From an uncultured Rhodospirillaceae bacterium (lineage in GTDB: Bacteria; Pseudomonadota; Alphaproteobacteria; SP197), in contig CALGGB010000312.1 in assembly GCA_937880925.1 (NCBI GenBank), positions 60 through 64,059 of the forward strand: a stretch of DNA of 64,000 nucleotides, given 5' to 3'. Both the position numbers and the translations under genes were made by a program. This document shows, piece after piece, positions 40,516 to 50,310 of the stretch (position 1 is its first letter; each line of letters starts with the position of its first letter). The notes beneath the pieces are model-generated. The model was not told the origin of the DNA. It did not search any database and saw only the letters and a program-made list of their open reading frames with translations.

Positions 40516-42100
40516 GTCCGCTGCGAAGGTCCCGGGGCTCGACGGTTTGCCCGAGTGGCTGGCCGCCTTGGGCGGCTGGCGCCGGCTGGGCCTGGCGCTG
40601 CTGCTGGGTGTGCTTCTGGCCACGGCCATGCCGCCCTTCTACGTGCTGCCCGGCGCCATGGTGGCTCTCACAGGGTTCGTCTGGCTGCTCGACGGCGCGG
40701 CGACGGCGCGGCGGGCCTTTCTCGACGGCTGGGCTTTCGGTGCGGGCTTCAGCGGCGCGGGCCTTTACTGGATCGCAAACGCCTTGCTGGTCGATGCTGC
40801 CGCCTTTGGCTGGATGGTGCCGTTTGCCCTGCTGGCGATAGCCTTCGGGTTTGGCCTGTTCGCCGCATTTGCCGCGTGCCTGGCGCGCATCTGGCCGCGC
40901 GGCGCCGGCCGCATCCTTGCCTTTGCCGCCGCCTGGCTCATTCTGGAGTGGCTGCGAAGCTGGATTCTGACCGGGTTTCCCTGGAACCTGCTGGGTACCG
41001 CCTTGGCAGTCGCCCCGGAGTTGCTGCAGACCGCCGCCTGGGGCGGGCCGTGGCTGCTTTCGGCCCTGGTTCTGGCGGCGGCCTTGTTGCCGGCCCTGGC
41101 GGTTGGCGCGCCTGCGCCCCGCAGACGCCGGGCCATGTTTGGCGGCCTGCTCGCCAGCCTTGTCCTGCTCGCCGGGTTGTTCGGGCTGGGCGCATGGCGC
41201 ATGGCGCAGTTCCCGGCAACCTATGCGTCCGGCATCACCCTGCGGCTGGTGCAACCCGCCATCGACCAGGCGGAGAAGTGGCGCAGCACCCTGCGGGATT
41301 CGCATTTTGCGACGCATATTGATCTCAGTTTGTCGCAATCTGCAGTTGTGCCGGATCTGGTGATCTGGCCGGAGGCTGCGATTCCATGGCAACTGCTGGC
41401 CGATCCCGCCGAACGTGCACGGGCCGGCAGTGTGCTGAGAGGGGATGGCCTGCTGCTTGCCGGCGGTGTGCGTTTCGAGCGTGATGCCGGCGGCATCCCA
41501 CTTCCCTTCAACAGCCTGATCGCGCTTGACCGTGATGGCGACCCGGTCGCGTTCTACGACAAGCGCCACCTGGTGCCCTTCGGTGAATACGTTCCCCTGC
41601 GCGGCCTGCTGCCCATCGACAAGATGACCCCGGGTGCGATCGACTTCATTTCGGGCACCGGCCCGGAAGTGCTGGCGCTTGGAAAAATCCCGCCGTTTCG
41701 CCCACTTATCTGTTACGAGGTGATCTTTCCCGGAGAAATCCAGGGGCAGGCCGCGCGGCCCGACTGGCTGCTCAACATCACCAACGACGGCTGGTACGGC
41801 GTCTCCACCGGACCCTATCAGCACTTCCAGGCCGCACGGATGCGCGCCGTGGAGCAGGGCCTGCCGCTCGTGCGGGCGGCCAACAACGGCATTTCCGGCG
41901 TCATCGACCCGGTCGGCCGGGTCCTGGCGCACCTCCCGCTCAACGCCGTGGGCGTGCTCGATGCGCCCCTTCCCGCACCCCTTTCCGGCCCGACGCTCTA
42001 TGCCCGGCTGGGCGACTGGACCCTGCTTGCCGTTCTGTTTCCTGCAATCCTCCACTTGGCGTGGCGCTTGCGTTGTCTGCGACGTGAGGACGACCGGTAG
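40508..42100 (+). CDS. lnt: apolipoprotein N-acyltransferase Lnt
   Basis: N-terminal multi-TM region followed by a CN-hydrolase domain (…ICYEVIFPGE…NDGWYG…). I use the ATG at 40508, which overlaps the corC end. Confidence 0.85.
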   Translation: MPESAAKVPGLDGLPEWLAALGGWRRLGLALLLGVLLATAMPPFYVLPGAMVALTGFVWLLDGAATARRAFLDGWAFGAGFSGAGLYWIANALLVDAAAFGWMVPFALLAIAFGFGLFAAFAACLARIWPRGAGRILAFAAAWLILEWLRSWILTGFPWNLLGTALAVAPELLQTAAWGGPWLLSALVLAAALLPALAVGAPAPRRRRAMFGGLLASLVLLAGLFGLGAWRMAQFPATYASGITLRLVQPAIDQAEKWRSTLRDSHFATHIDLSLSQSAVVPDLVIWPEAAIPWQLLADPAERARAGSVLRGDGLLLAGGVRFERDAGGIPLPFNSLIALDRDGDPVAFYDKRHLVPFGEYVPLRGLLPIDKMTPGAIDFISGTGPEVLALGKIPPFRPLICYEVIFPGEIQGQAARPDWLLNITNDGWYGVSTGPYQHFQAARMRAVEQGLPLVRAANNGISGVIDPVGRVLAHLPLNAVGVLDAPLPAPLSGPTLYARLGDWTLLAVLFPAILHLAWRLRCLRREDDR

Positions 42101-42234
42101 GGCGAATTGCGCAACCGGGCGGTGCTGGCATCGCCCCATTGAATTGCGTATCGCTTCGCGCCGACGGCCAGGTGCGGGGCCGACCCGTCCGACGCAGCCG
42201 ATGAACGGGAACAGGCAAGGAAAACGGAATCATT

Positions 42235-42651
42235 ATGGCAAGCAAACCCAATCCGATCGACGTGCATGTCGGCGGCCGCGTGCGGCTTCGCCGGACCCTT
42301 CTGGGCATGAGCCAGGAGAAGCTGGCCCAGGCGCTCGGCCTGACCTTCCAGCAGATCCAGAAGTACGAGCGCGGCGCCAACCGGATCGGTTCCAGCCGCC
42401 TGTTCAAGCTGTCGCAGATCCTCGACGTGCCGGTCAGCTTCTTCTTCGACGACATGACCGCCGTCACGGCGACCGAAGGCGGGGCCACCGCCCCGGCCGA
42501 TGCGCCCGAGGATCCCTCCGGCCCCGATACCCTGACCAAGCGCGAGACTCTGGAACTGGTGCGCGCCTATTACCGCATCCCCGACGAGCGGCTGCGCCGC
42601 AAGGTCTTCGAGCTGGTCAAGGCCGCAGGCCCCAAGGACGCCGAGGCCTGA
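42235..42651 (+). CDS. XRE-family helix-turn-helix transcriptional regulator (alphaproteobacterial conserved, between lnt and metK)
   Basis: HTH block LRRTLLGMSQEKLAQALGLTFQQIQKYERGANRI and an acidic Pro-rich C-terminus. Confidence 0.7.
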   Translation: MASKPNPIDVHVGGRVRLRRTLLGMSQEKLAQALGLTFQQIQKYERGANRIGSSRLFKLSQILDVPVSFFFDDMTAVTATEGGATAPADAPEDPSGPDTLTKRETLELVRAYYRIPDERLRRKVFELVKAAGPKDAEA

Positions 42652-42654
42652 TCG

Positions 42655-42700
42655 AAAAGGGTGCTCGCGCGGGCCCAAGGGCCCGCCAACACCCCTTTTT
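42655..42700 (+). terminator. rho-independent terminator after the HTH regulator gene
   Basis: AAGGGTG…GCGGGCCCaaGGGCCCGC…CACCCCTTTTT is a nested GC hairpin followed by a T5 run. Confidence 0.7.
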
Positions 42701-42798
42701 GCCCTTGACCCGACCTTCGCCGATGGGGGAGTGTCCGGCTGTCCTTGCGCGCCCGCGCAGGGTTGAGCCGTTGTGTTTCAATGCCATGGGAGGATTGG

Positions 42799-43962
42799 GT
42801 GGCCAGGAAATCTTACCTGTTCACGAGTGAGTCGGTCTCGGAAGGCCATCCCGACAAGGTTTGCGACCGCATCAGCGATGCCGTGGTCGATGCCTATCTG
42901 GCCGCCGACCCGCACGCCCGTGTCGCCTGCGAAACCCTGACCACGACCAACCTGATCGTGATCGCCGGCGAGGTCCGCGGACCCCACGAGGTGATCGGGC
43001 GCGTCGAGGAACTGGCGCGCAATGCGGTCAAGGCGATCGGCTACGAACAGGACGGCTTCCACTGGAAGAATGCCAAGGTCCAGGTCCACCTGCACGAGCA
43101 GTCGGTCGACATCGCCCAGGGCGTGGACTCCGGCGGCAACAAGGCCGAGGGCGCCGGCGACCAGGGCATCATGTTTGGCTACGCCTGCCGCGAGACCGAG
43201 GCGCTGATGCCCGCGCCGATCCACTTCTCCCACCAGATCCTGAAGAAGCTGGCCGAGGCCCGCCACGCCGGCAAGGTCAAGCTCGGTCCCGACAGCAAGA
43301 GCCAGGTGACCCTGGAATATCACGACGGCAAGCCGGTGCGCGCGACCTCCGTGGTCGTCTCGACCCAGCACGACGAGGACCTCTCCACCGACCAGGTGCG
43401 CGAGATCGTGCGCCCCTATGTCGAGAGCGTGCTGCCCGCCGGCTGGATGTGCCCGGAGGACCGTTTCTACGTCAACCCGACCGGCCGCTTCGTCATCGGC
43501 GGCCCGGACGGCGACGCCGGCCTGACCGGACGCAAGATCATCGTCGACACCTATGGCGGTGCCGCACCCCACGGCGGCGGCGCCTTCTCGGGCAAGGACC
43601 CCTCGAAGGTCGACCGCTCGGCGGCCTATGCCTGCCGCTACCTCGCCAAGAACGTCGTTGCCGCCGGCCTGGCCGACAAGTGCACGATCCAGATCTCCTA
43701 CGCCATCGGCATTGCCGATCCGCTGTCGGTCTATGTCGACACCCATGGCACGACGCAGGTCGACGAGGCGCGCATCGAAACCACCCTGCGCGAGGTCATG
43801 GACCTGACACCGCGCGGCATCCGCAACCACCTCAGCCTCGACCGCCCGATCTACGAGCGGACCGCGGCCTATGGCCACTTCGGCCGCGCGCCCGAGGCCG
43901 ACGGCGGTTTCTCCTGGGAAAAGACGGATCTGGCCGACGCGCTCAAGAGCGCGCTCGCCTAG
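42799..43962 (+). CDS. metK: S-adenosylmethionine synthetase MetK
   Basis: GTG start giving (M)[32 protein letters not shown] and DTYGG motifs are present. Confidence 0.9.
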   Translation: MARKSYLFTSESVSEGHPDKVCDRISDAVVDAYLAADPHARVACETLTTTNLIVIAGEVRGPHEVIGRVEELARNAVKAIGYEQDGFHWKNAKVQVHLHEQSVDIAQGVDSGGNKAEGAGDQGIMFGYACRETEALMPAPIHFSHQILKKLAEARHAGKVKLGPDSKSQVTLEYHDGKPVRATSVVVSTQHDEDLSTDQVREIVRPYVESVLPAGWMCPEDRFYVNPTGRFVIGGPDGDAGLTGRKIIVDTYGGAAPHGGGAFSGKDPSKVDRSAAYACRYLAKNVVAAGLADKCTIQISYAIGIADPLSVYVDTHGTTQVDEARIETTLREVMDLTPRGIRNHLSLDRPIYERTAAYGHFGRAPEADGGFSWEKTDLADALKSALA

Positions 43963-43971
43963 AGGCTTTTC

Positions 43972-44694
43972 ATGAACGACCGGCCGCATCCGCCCACGGT
44001 CGATGCCCGCGGGCAGGATCGGCGTGTCTATGGCCGCCGCAAGGGCCATGACCTGACGCCCCGGCGCCAGGGTCTGGTCGATGACCTGCTGCCCCGGTTG
44101 CGCCCCGAGATCGGCGCCGACGGCAGCGTCGATCTCAAGGGCCCGGTCGCCGGGCGCGACCGGTTGTGGCTGGAGATCGGCTTTGGCGGCGGCGAGCACC
44201 TGGCCTGGCAGGCTGCCGCCAATCCCGATGTCACCGTGATCGGCGCCGAACCCTATCTCAACGGTGTGGCCAGCCTGCTCGCCACGGTCGATGACGACAG
44301 GCTTGCCAACGTGCGCATCATCGATGACGACGTGCGGCCCCTTCTGGAAAGCCTGGCCCCGGCGTCGCTTGAACGCATCTTCGTGCTCTTCCCCGATCCC
44401 TGGCCCAAGGCGCGCCATCACAAGCGGCGCATCGTGAACACCTGGACCACCGAGCGTTTCGCCGAGCTGCTGGTCGATGGCGGCGAGCTGCGCCTGGGCA
44501 CCGACATCATGGACTATGCGCGCTGGATGATGGCGACGGTCTGGCCCCATCCCGCCTTTGCCTGGACCGCGCGCCGCCCGGGCGACTGGAAGAACCGGCC
44601 CGACGACTGGCCGGGCACGCGCTACGAGGCCAAGGCGCGCAAGGCCGGCCGCACGCCCGTGTTCATGACCTTCCGGCGCAAGCCGCGGGCCTGA
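43972..44694 (+). CDS. trmB: tRNA (guanine46-N7)-methyltransferase TrmB
   Basis: EIGFGGGEH SAM-binding motif and LFPDPWPKARHHKRR. Confidence 0.9.
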   Translation: MNDRPHPPTVDARGQDRRVYGRRKGHDLTPRRQGLVDDLLPRLRPEIGADGSVDLKGPVAGRDRLWLEIGFGGGEHLAWQAAANPDVTVIGAEPYLNGVASLLATVDDDRLANVRIIDDDVRPLLESLAPASLERIFVLFPDPWPKARHHKRRIVNTWTTERFAELLVDGGELRLGTDIMDYARWMMATVWPHPAFAWTARRPGDWKNRPDDWPGTRYEAKARKAGRTPVFMTFRRKPRA

Positions 44695-44710
44695 AGCCGG
44701 GCAGCCGAAC

Positions 44711-45595
44711 TCAGCTCTGTGCCGACTTCCTGACCACCCAGCGCGGCCGGAAGGAGCGCGCCTGGGTGATCTGGGCAAGGAAGGCGGGCAGCGAGCCGGT
44801 CTCCCAGAGATGGCCGAGCGGGCTGTGGTCCTTCACGCCCGGGATCGGCAGCGTCTGGGCGCCGAGAATTCCTGCAAAATGCTCGGCTTGAACGCGGTCG
44901 ATCCTGTGGTCGCGGGTATAGACGAAGACGATCTCTGGATGGTTGGCCGTGCAGCAGGCGCAGATCGGGTCGTAGGCATGGGCCGGGCCGTCGCCCTCCA
45001 GCAAACGCGTCACGTCCCAGGCGGCCCGGCCACCGATGCAGATCGTGCGGTTGGCCCCGGCCATCAGACCGAACCAGACCGACGGCAGGCCGCCCATGCT
45101 GGCGCCGATGGCAACCACGCGCTTGTAGCTGGCGGCAGGAAAATCCCGCTGCACGGCGGCGACGAGGCCCGGGAAGTCCTTCCCATAACCCGGCAGGCCG
45201 CCGCGGAAATGGTGCTTGGCGGGATCCGCCAGGATCAGGATATCGAAGGATTCCGGCGCCAGGCACTGCACGAAACCGACATTGGGGATCATCAGCCGGC
45301 CCAGCCGGCCGGCAAAGCCCACCAGCAGGGTCTTGGCCGCACTGGGATAGGCGGGATCGCTGAACAGCAGGACATCGGCCGCAATCCGGTTGCGCTGGAA
45401 GCTGCGCGGTTCCTGGCCCGCCATCCTGCGGGTGACGCTGCGCCTGGCGTAGGCCGCGGCCAACTCGGGATCGTCCAGGCGACGGCCCAGTTCGGCGTAT
45501 TCCATCGGCGTCAGCATGTCCTCGATCTGGTTGAAGACCATGCCGCGGCGCCGGGATTCGGCCCCGGTCAGGCGCTCAAGCGCCAGATCAAGCAT
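44711..45595 (-). CDS. alpha/beta-hydrolase-fold protein (putative thioesterase/hydrolase), last gene of the ACP-P450 operon
   Basis: GxSxG nucleophile elbow (VVAIGASMGGL). It overlaps the upstream ACP gene by 8 nt. There is no closer family assignment. Confidence 0.45.
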   Translation of the reverse strand: MLDLALERLTGAESRRRGMVFNQIEDMLTPMEYAELGRRLDDPELAAAYARRSVTRRMAGQEPRSFQRNRIAADVLLFSDPAYPSAAKTLLVGFAGRLGRLMIPNVGFVQCLAPESFDILILADPAKHHFRGGLPGYGKDFPGLVAAVQRDFPAASYKRVVAIGASMGGLPSVWFGLMAGANRTICIGGRAAWDVTRLLEGDGPAHAYDPICACCTANHPEIVFVYTRDHRIDRVQAEHFAGILGAQTLPIPGVKDHSPLGHLWETGSLPAFLAQITQARSFRPRWVVRKSAQS

Positions 45596-45869
45596 CGGCG
45601 CGGTTCGCCGCGATGTAACCGACCAGGCCGTCGAGCGTCTCCAGTTCGGGCAGCAGTTCAGGATCGAGTTCGATGCCGACGGCCTCCTCGATCTCCATCA
45701 GCACTTCCAGGGTCGAAAGGCTGTCGAGTTCCAGGTCGGCAAAGACGATCACGCGCTCGGGCTCGTCGCGCAGGCGGGCATAGGCCGGGTCGTTGAGCAG
45801 TCCGATGGAGCGGTGCAGCGCCTCGATCGCGAGCAATCGGATGGCCGGGCGGTCGAGCGTTGCGGTCAC
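45588..45869 (-). CDS. acyl carrier protein (discrete, non-AcpP)
   Basis: 93 aa, acidic, with the phosphopantetheine attachment motif DLELDSLSTLEV. Confidence 0.75.
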   Translation of the reverse strand: MTATLDRPAIRLLAIEALHRSIGLLNDPAYARLRDEPERVIVFADLELDSLSTLEVLMEIEEAVGIELDPELLPELETLDGLVGYIAANRADA

Positions 45870-46891
45870 GGGCAGACCTCCAGGTCAAGGCGGGCGGGAA
45901 TGGCGAAGATGTCGTCGACGCGGGCCTGGCAATCCAGCGCGCCCACGGTGGTGGGCAGACCGCGCAGATAGAGACCGATCGCGGCCCAGGCCTCCAGCGC
46001 GATCGGGCGGCCAAGACAGGTATGCGCACCGGCGCCGAAGAACTGGGCGCGCTCACGCGGGTCGGCGGTCTCCCCGAAGGCACGCAGCATGATGCGCACC
46101 CGGTCCCCGGGCGCCAGCGTCAGACCCTCCACGATCGCGGACTCGTGCGCCATACGCTCGATGTAGGGCACACCCGTGGAGGAGGGCAGATCGGGCCAGT
46201 CGAGCGCGGCGAAAGGCATCCCCTGCCCCGCCGCCAGCACGTCGCGCAGGCTGTAGGCCAGGGTGCCGGTGAGCGCATCGCGCCCCAGGATCATCATGGC
46301 GAGCTTCTGGCCGACATCGGCCTGGTCGCTGACGCCGGATGCCTCGATCCGGGCGCGCGGGGCGGCAACCTCGGCCTCGGCGCGCTTGCGCTTGGCGATG
46401 CCCATGCCGCGGCTGAAGATGCGCGAGATCAGGGAATCGGCATCGAAGCCGGTGTCCGCCACGGCAATCAGCGCACCCATGAAATCGGCGACGAAGGGCT
46501 CCACCGCCTGCGCCATCAGCTCCACCTGGCCGGGCTGCCCAAGACAACCGAAATGCAGGGCGACCCGCTCCGCCATGGTCGAGAGCACGGCGCTGCGTCG
46601 CCGCGCGAGCTGGCCCGCGATCGCCTTGCGCGCGTTCGCATGCTGAGGTCCGTGCAGGCACAACGGGATGTGGCCGAAGGCCAGGCGCAGGTTGGAGAAA
46701 TCCAGCCCGAAGCGCTCCTCAAGCTCGCCATAGAGTTCGACATAGGGCGGCGGGCTGAGCGAACCATGGGTCAGGAAGGCCCGGCAGGCGGCCGCCTCAT
46801 CGACGACCCACGCACCGAGCCTTGCGTCCCAGGTCGCCGCCTCGCCTTGCTTATCCTCGATGACACTCACCTGTTCACCCCACGCACCCAA
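45866..46891 (-). CDS. cytochrome P450 family protein (short, ~341 aa)
   Basis: C-terminal Cys-pocket FGAGAHTCLG (FxxGxHxCxG) and an ExxR-like K-helix. It is ~60 aa shorter than typical P450s. Its stop overlaps the ACP start (ATGA). Confidence 0.65.
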   Translation of the reverse strand: MGAWGEQVSVIEDKQGEAATWDARLGAWVVDEAAACRAFLTHGSLSPPPYVELYGELEERFGLDFSNLRLAFGHIPLCLHGPQHANARKAIAGQLARRRSAVLSTMAERVALHFGCLGQPGQVELMAQAVEPFVADFMGALIAVADTGFDADSLISRIFSRGMGIAKRKRAEAEVAAPRARIEASGVSDQADVGQKLAMMILGRDALTGTLAYSLRDVLAAGQGMPFAALDWPDLPSSTGVPYIERMAHESAIVEGLTLAPGDRVRIMLRAFGETADPRERAQFFGAGAHTCLGRPIALEAWAAIGLYLRGLPTTVGALDCQARVDDIFAIPARLDLEVCP

Positions 46892-46979
46892 CGGCTGCTG
46901 TCAGGTGCCCTAGAGCGGATCACGATTCCGCAGAAAGATGATTTGCTCTAGGCCAATCTCGGCAGGATAGCAGGGGGAG

Positions 46980-47849
46980 TCAAACGCGCTCTGCCAGCGT
47001 GGCGCGTGCGGTCATCGCTAGTCCGCCCTGCGGCGTCTCCGCCCAGAGTTCCAGTTCGCCCGCCCCGGCGGGCTTGCCGCGCAGCACGAAGGGCGCGGTA
47101 TCGAACAGCGGCGCCACCGCGCGGAAGGAAAAAGCCGCCAGCGTCCGGCCGCCGCCATGCTCCAGCGCCAGGTCGGCGAGCAGGGTGGCGGTCAGCGGGC
47201 CGTGGAAGACGAGGCCGGGATAACCCTCGACATCGCGGCAGTAGTCGCGGTCGTAGTGGATGCGGTGGCCGTTGAAGGTGAGCGCGGAGTAGCGGAACAG
47301 CAGCACCGGCGAGGGTGTCACCGTGCGGGAGAAGACGGCATCGCCCGGGGGCGCCTGGGGTACGAGCGCCGGTGCACCTGGTGCCGGGTCCTCGCGATAG
47401 ACGATGTCGTGCTCCTCCCAGAAGCGTTCGGCGCCATCGGGGCCGGCAAGGCCGTGGCGCACGGTGACGAAACACAGGGCACCGGTGCGGCCGTGTTTGA
47501 CGGTGACATCGCGGATCGTGGAGTGGCGCATGACCGCCTCGCCCAGACGCAGCGGCGCCGAGAAACCAAAACGTCCTCCGGCCCACATGCGCCGGGGCAG
47601 GTCGACTGGCGGCAGGAATCCGCCGCGCCGGGCATGGCCGTCGCGGCCCAGACCGGAAAGCGCGACCGCCTCGTTGAAGTAGATCCAGTGCCACAGCGGC
47701 GGCAGGGCATCGCCCTCGGCGGGCTCCTGCCTGTGATCGAGCGTCGCGGCCATGCGCCGTGCCTGGCCCACGGCCAGAACATCCTGGTGCCTCTCGCTGC
47801 GCCCGATCCAGCCGCGCAGGACCTCCTCATCGGTCGTGGAAGTATTCAT
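46980..47849 (-). CDS. MaoC-family hot-dog (R)-hydratase/dehydratase (FAS1-like dehydratase N-domain + MaoC domain)
   Basis: PLWHWIYF…WAGGRF in the N-terminal half. The C-terminal half is hot-dog-like (…FHGPLTATLLADLA…). Confidence 0.55.
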   Translation of the reverse strand: MNTSTTDEEVLRGWIGRSERHQDVLAVGQARRMAATLDHRQEPAEGDALPPLWHWIYFNEAVALSGLGRDGHARRGGFLPPVDLPRRMWAGGRFGFSAPLRLGEAVMRHSTIRDVTVKHGRTGALCFVTVRHGLAGPDGAERFWEEHDIVYREDPAPGAPALVPQAPPGDAVFSRTVTPSPVLLFRYSALTFNGHRIHYDRDYCRDVEGYPGLVFHGPLTATLLADLALEHGGGRTLAAFSFRAVAPLFDTAPFVLRGKPAGAGELELWAETPQGGLAMTARATLAERV

Positions 47850-49177
47850 CGGCCTGGCCCTTCCATCAGGTCACGGAACCGGAAGGCCAGCGTGGCATCG
47901 CCGTGCAGCAACAGTGCCAGCAGGCGCGCATCACCGCCGCAATCAAGGAACTTTGCACCCACAGCATCGCTGTCCATCGGCTTGGCAAGACCGCCGCGGA
48001 CATCGGCGATGGTGGCGCTCGTTGTGCTGCCGTCGGCCATGGTCAGGCTGACGCTGTCGGGATGGGCCGGGCTCATGTCCTCCAACTCGCCATCCACCGT
48101 GTAGGCATCGATCGCAAGGCGCGTCATCAGGCCGCGCACGCGATTGTCGCGCAGCGCCTCCTCCTCGAAGGTCGCGGGCCCGATGGTCCCATGGACCAGG
48201 GCAGCGGCAACGCAGTAACGCACGCTGAAGCGGGCCTGCGCCGCGTTCCGGGGATCGAGGAAGCCGGCGACGCGGAAGAACGGTTCGGGCAGGGCGATGG
48301 TGCCTGCATGAACCGCCCCGGCATCAAAACCCGGTGCGGCGGCAAGCTGCAGGGCCGCCTCGATGGCGCGATGGGTGTAGGCGCAACTTGGCCAGGGCTT
48401 GCGCAGGGCCGGATCGGTCTCCATCGCACTGGGGCCGCAGGGCATGGCCGACCCACCCGCGCCATAGAGCGCCAGGAAGCCGTGCGGTCCCTCGCCCAGG
48501 GTGGCGTTGGCACTGACACCGGCCTCGACCAGCAGGGCCGCCTCCAGGCCGGCGCGGGCCGCAAGACCGGCATGAACCGGCTTGGCATGGCTGCCGAACT
48601 GCAGCTTCAGCCCGCCCGAGGAACTGCTCGCCAGGGCGAGCGCCATGGCGGTCTGCGCACCATCCAGCCCGAGCAGGCGCGCGGCCCCGGCGGCCGCACC
48701 GATCGGCCCGATGGTCGCGGTGGCGTGCCAGCCCGCCAGGTAGTGGTTGTAGCCGCCCAGCGCGCGGCCGCAGCAGACGATGGCGTCGTAGCCCGCCAGA
48801 TAGGCCGCCAGCAGCGAACCCAGGGAAACCTGGCGCAGGTTCGAAAGCGCCATCAGGCCGGGCACGATGGGTGCGCTGGGATGGGTCGAGCCGGGGATTT
48901 CATAATCGTCAAAATCCAGCACATGGGCCGCCGCGCCGTTGACCAGCGCCGCGGCACCGGCGGCAAGCGTTACGCCCGGCACGATGGTCGCGGCCGGGCC
49001 GCCGGCACCCGAGCGCGCCATGGCCTGCGCGATCACGCCGGGAAGCGGGTCGCTGCGCGCCGCCAGCATGCAGGCCAGCGTGTCGATGAGGCAAAGGCGC
49101 GCCTGCAACACGGCTTCGGGCACCGACGCCAGGCTCGCCACACGCGCGCCCAGCGCGGCAAAGAACGGTTCGCTCAT
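47846..49177 (-). CDS. MmgE/PrpD family protein (2-methylcitrate dehydratase-like)
   Basis: 443 aa with the MmgE/PrpD N-terminal motif (…LCLIDTLACMLAARSDP…). It overlaps the MaoC gene by 4 nt. Confidence 0.75.
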   Translation of the reverse strand: MSEPFFAALGARVASLASVPEAVLQARLCLIDTLACMLAARSDPLPGVIAQAMARSGAGGPAATIVPGVTLAAGAAALVNGAAAHVLDFDDYEIPGSTHPSAPIVPGLMALSNLRQVSLGSLLAAYLAGYDAIVCCGRALGGYNHYLAGWHATATIGPIGAAAGAARLLGLDGAQTAMALALASSSSGGLKLQFGSHAKPVHAGLAARAGLEAALLVEAGVSANATLGEGPHGFLALYGAGGSAMPCGPSAMETDPALRKPWPSCAYTHRAIEAALQLAAAPGFDAGAVHAGTIALPEPFFRVAGFLDPRNAAQARFSVRYCVAAALVHGTIGPATFEEEALRDNRVRGLMTRLAIDAYTVDGELEDMSPAHPDSVSLTMADGSTTSATIADVRGGLAKPMDSDAVGAKFLDCGGDARLLALLLHGDATLAFRFRDLMEGPGR

Positions 49178-49193
49178 GCTCTTTCCCTAAACT

Positions 49194-50201
49194 CTAGCGC
49201 GGGGCGGCGGCACGCGGCTTGCGCTGGGCCTTCATGATGCGCGCTGTTGCTTCTGGCGTCCCATCGTGAAAGCTGCCCGCCCAGAGATCGCCCGGAACGA
49301 CGCCGGTGCCGTAGTTGCAGTTGAAGTAACGATGATGGAGCTGGTGGTAGTAGCTCGCCAGATCGATCACCTTGCGCCCCTTCACCTGAAGATCGGCAAA
49401 GCCGATGTGGCTGGTGATACCACCCAGCACCAGGTGGTTGAAGAGATAGAACATGTGGATCGGGTGGCTGACGATCACCAGGTGGATAAGCGTGCTGCTG
49501 AAATAGAGCAGGTGTTCCAGCGGGTGCATGGCAAGGCCCGACCAGGGCCCGACCGCGATGTTCTTGTGGTGGATGGCGTGTGCAAAGCGATAGAGCGGCG
49601 GCCAGTGTAGCAGCCGGTGGATGAGGTAGAAGTGCGCCGATTCCCAGAGGTACAGCAGGGGAAAGAGCGCGGCGAACCACAACGGATTCGCCGCCCAGCC
49701 CAGCAGCGGCGTAAGGCCGGACGCCCAGGCCCAGAGTAGCAGGCATTGCAGGCTCGTCCAAAGGACGACACCGCTTGCCAGCGTCAGGAACATGTTGTCG
49801 AGGACCTGGTCGCGCCACAGGAACTTCGTGTCGTCGCGGGCAAGATCACGCCCGGAATAGCGGTGGTGGCTGCCCTGGCGCCCCAGGGTGTGGAAGTAGA
49901 GGTGCAGGCCGCCGGCGTAGGCAATCGTCAGCCCCAGATTGAGCGCCAGCAGGTGCAGCATCCAGCCGGGCGCAAGGCTCGCACAATCGGTGAGATCCGG
50001 TGCGAGCCAGAACCAGATGACCAGCGCCAGGCCAACATAGAGCGCCTCCAGCGACAGGACATAACCCCGGCCCAGCAACCAGGTGAGCGCGGCCAGAGGC
50101 CGCGGCGGCCAGGAAAGGAACCCTGGTCCCGGCGTGATGGGGACATCAGGCTGGAAGGCCCAGGCGGGGGCAGTGGGGGCGGACGGCTTGGCGCGCTTCA
50201 T
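49194..50201 (-). CDS. fatty acid hydroxylase / sterol desaturase superfamily membrane protein
   Basis: His boxes HRLLHW, HAIHH and HQLHHRY, plus TM helices. I use the ATG at 50201 (MKRAKPSAPT); the upstream extension of the ORF is Ser/Arg-rich and unsupported. Confidence 0.7.
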   Translation of the reverse strand: MKRAKPSAPTAPAWAFQPDVPITPGPGFLSWPPRPLAALTWLLGRGYVLSLEALYVGLALVIWFWLAPDLTDCASLAPGWMLHLLALNLGLTIAYAGGLHLYFHTLGRQGSHHRYSGRDLARDDTKFLWRDQVLDNMFLTLASGVVLWTSLQCLLLWAWASGLTPLLGWAANPLWFAALFPLLYLWESAHFYLIHRLLHWPPLYRFAHAIHHKNIAVGPWSGLAMHPLEHLLYFSSTLIHLVIVSHPIHMFYLFNHLVLGGITSHIGFADLQVKGRKVIDLASYYHQLHHRYFNCNYGTGVVPGDLWAGSFHDGTPEATARIMKAQRKPRAAAPR

Positions 50202-50310
50202 CGTGCAATGCTCCAGGGTGCCCGGCTTGTCCGGGCATCGCAGCATTCTGTGACCGGCCATGGCTTCTTGACCATGCATGGAATTCTGATGATCGTCATT
50301 CCCCGGAGGA

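Noticed and set aside
42652-42798. Possible SAM riboswitch in the metK leader
   Set aside because: I could not find the SAM-II or SAM-V pseudoknot consensus, nor SAM-I helices. Only a terminator for the upstream gene and a plain promoter-like region are visible. An Rfam scan would be needed to be sure.
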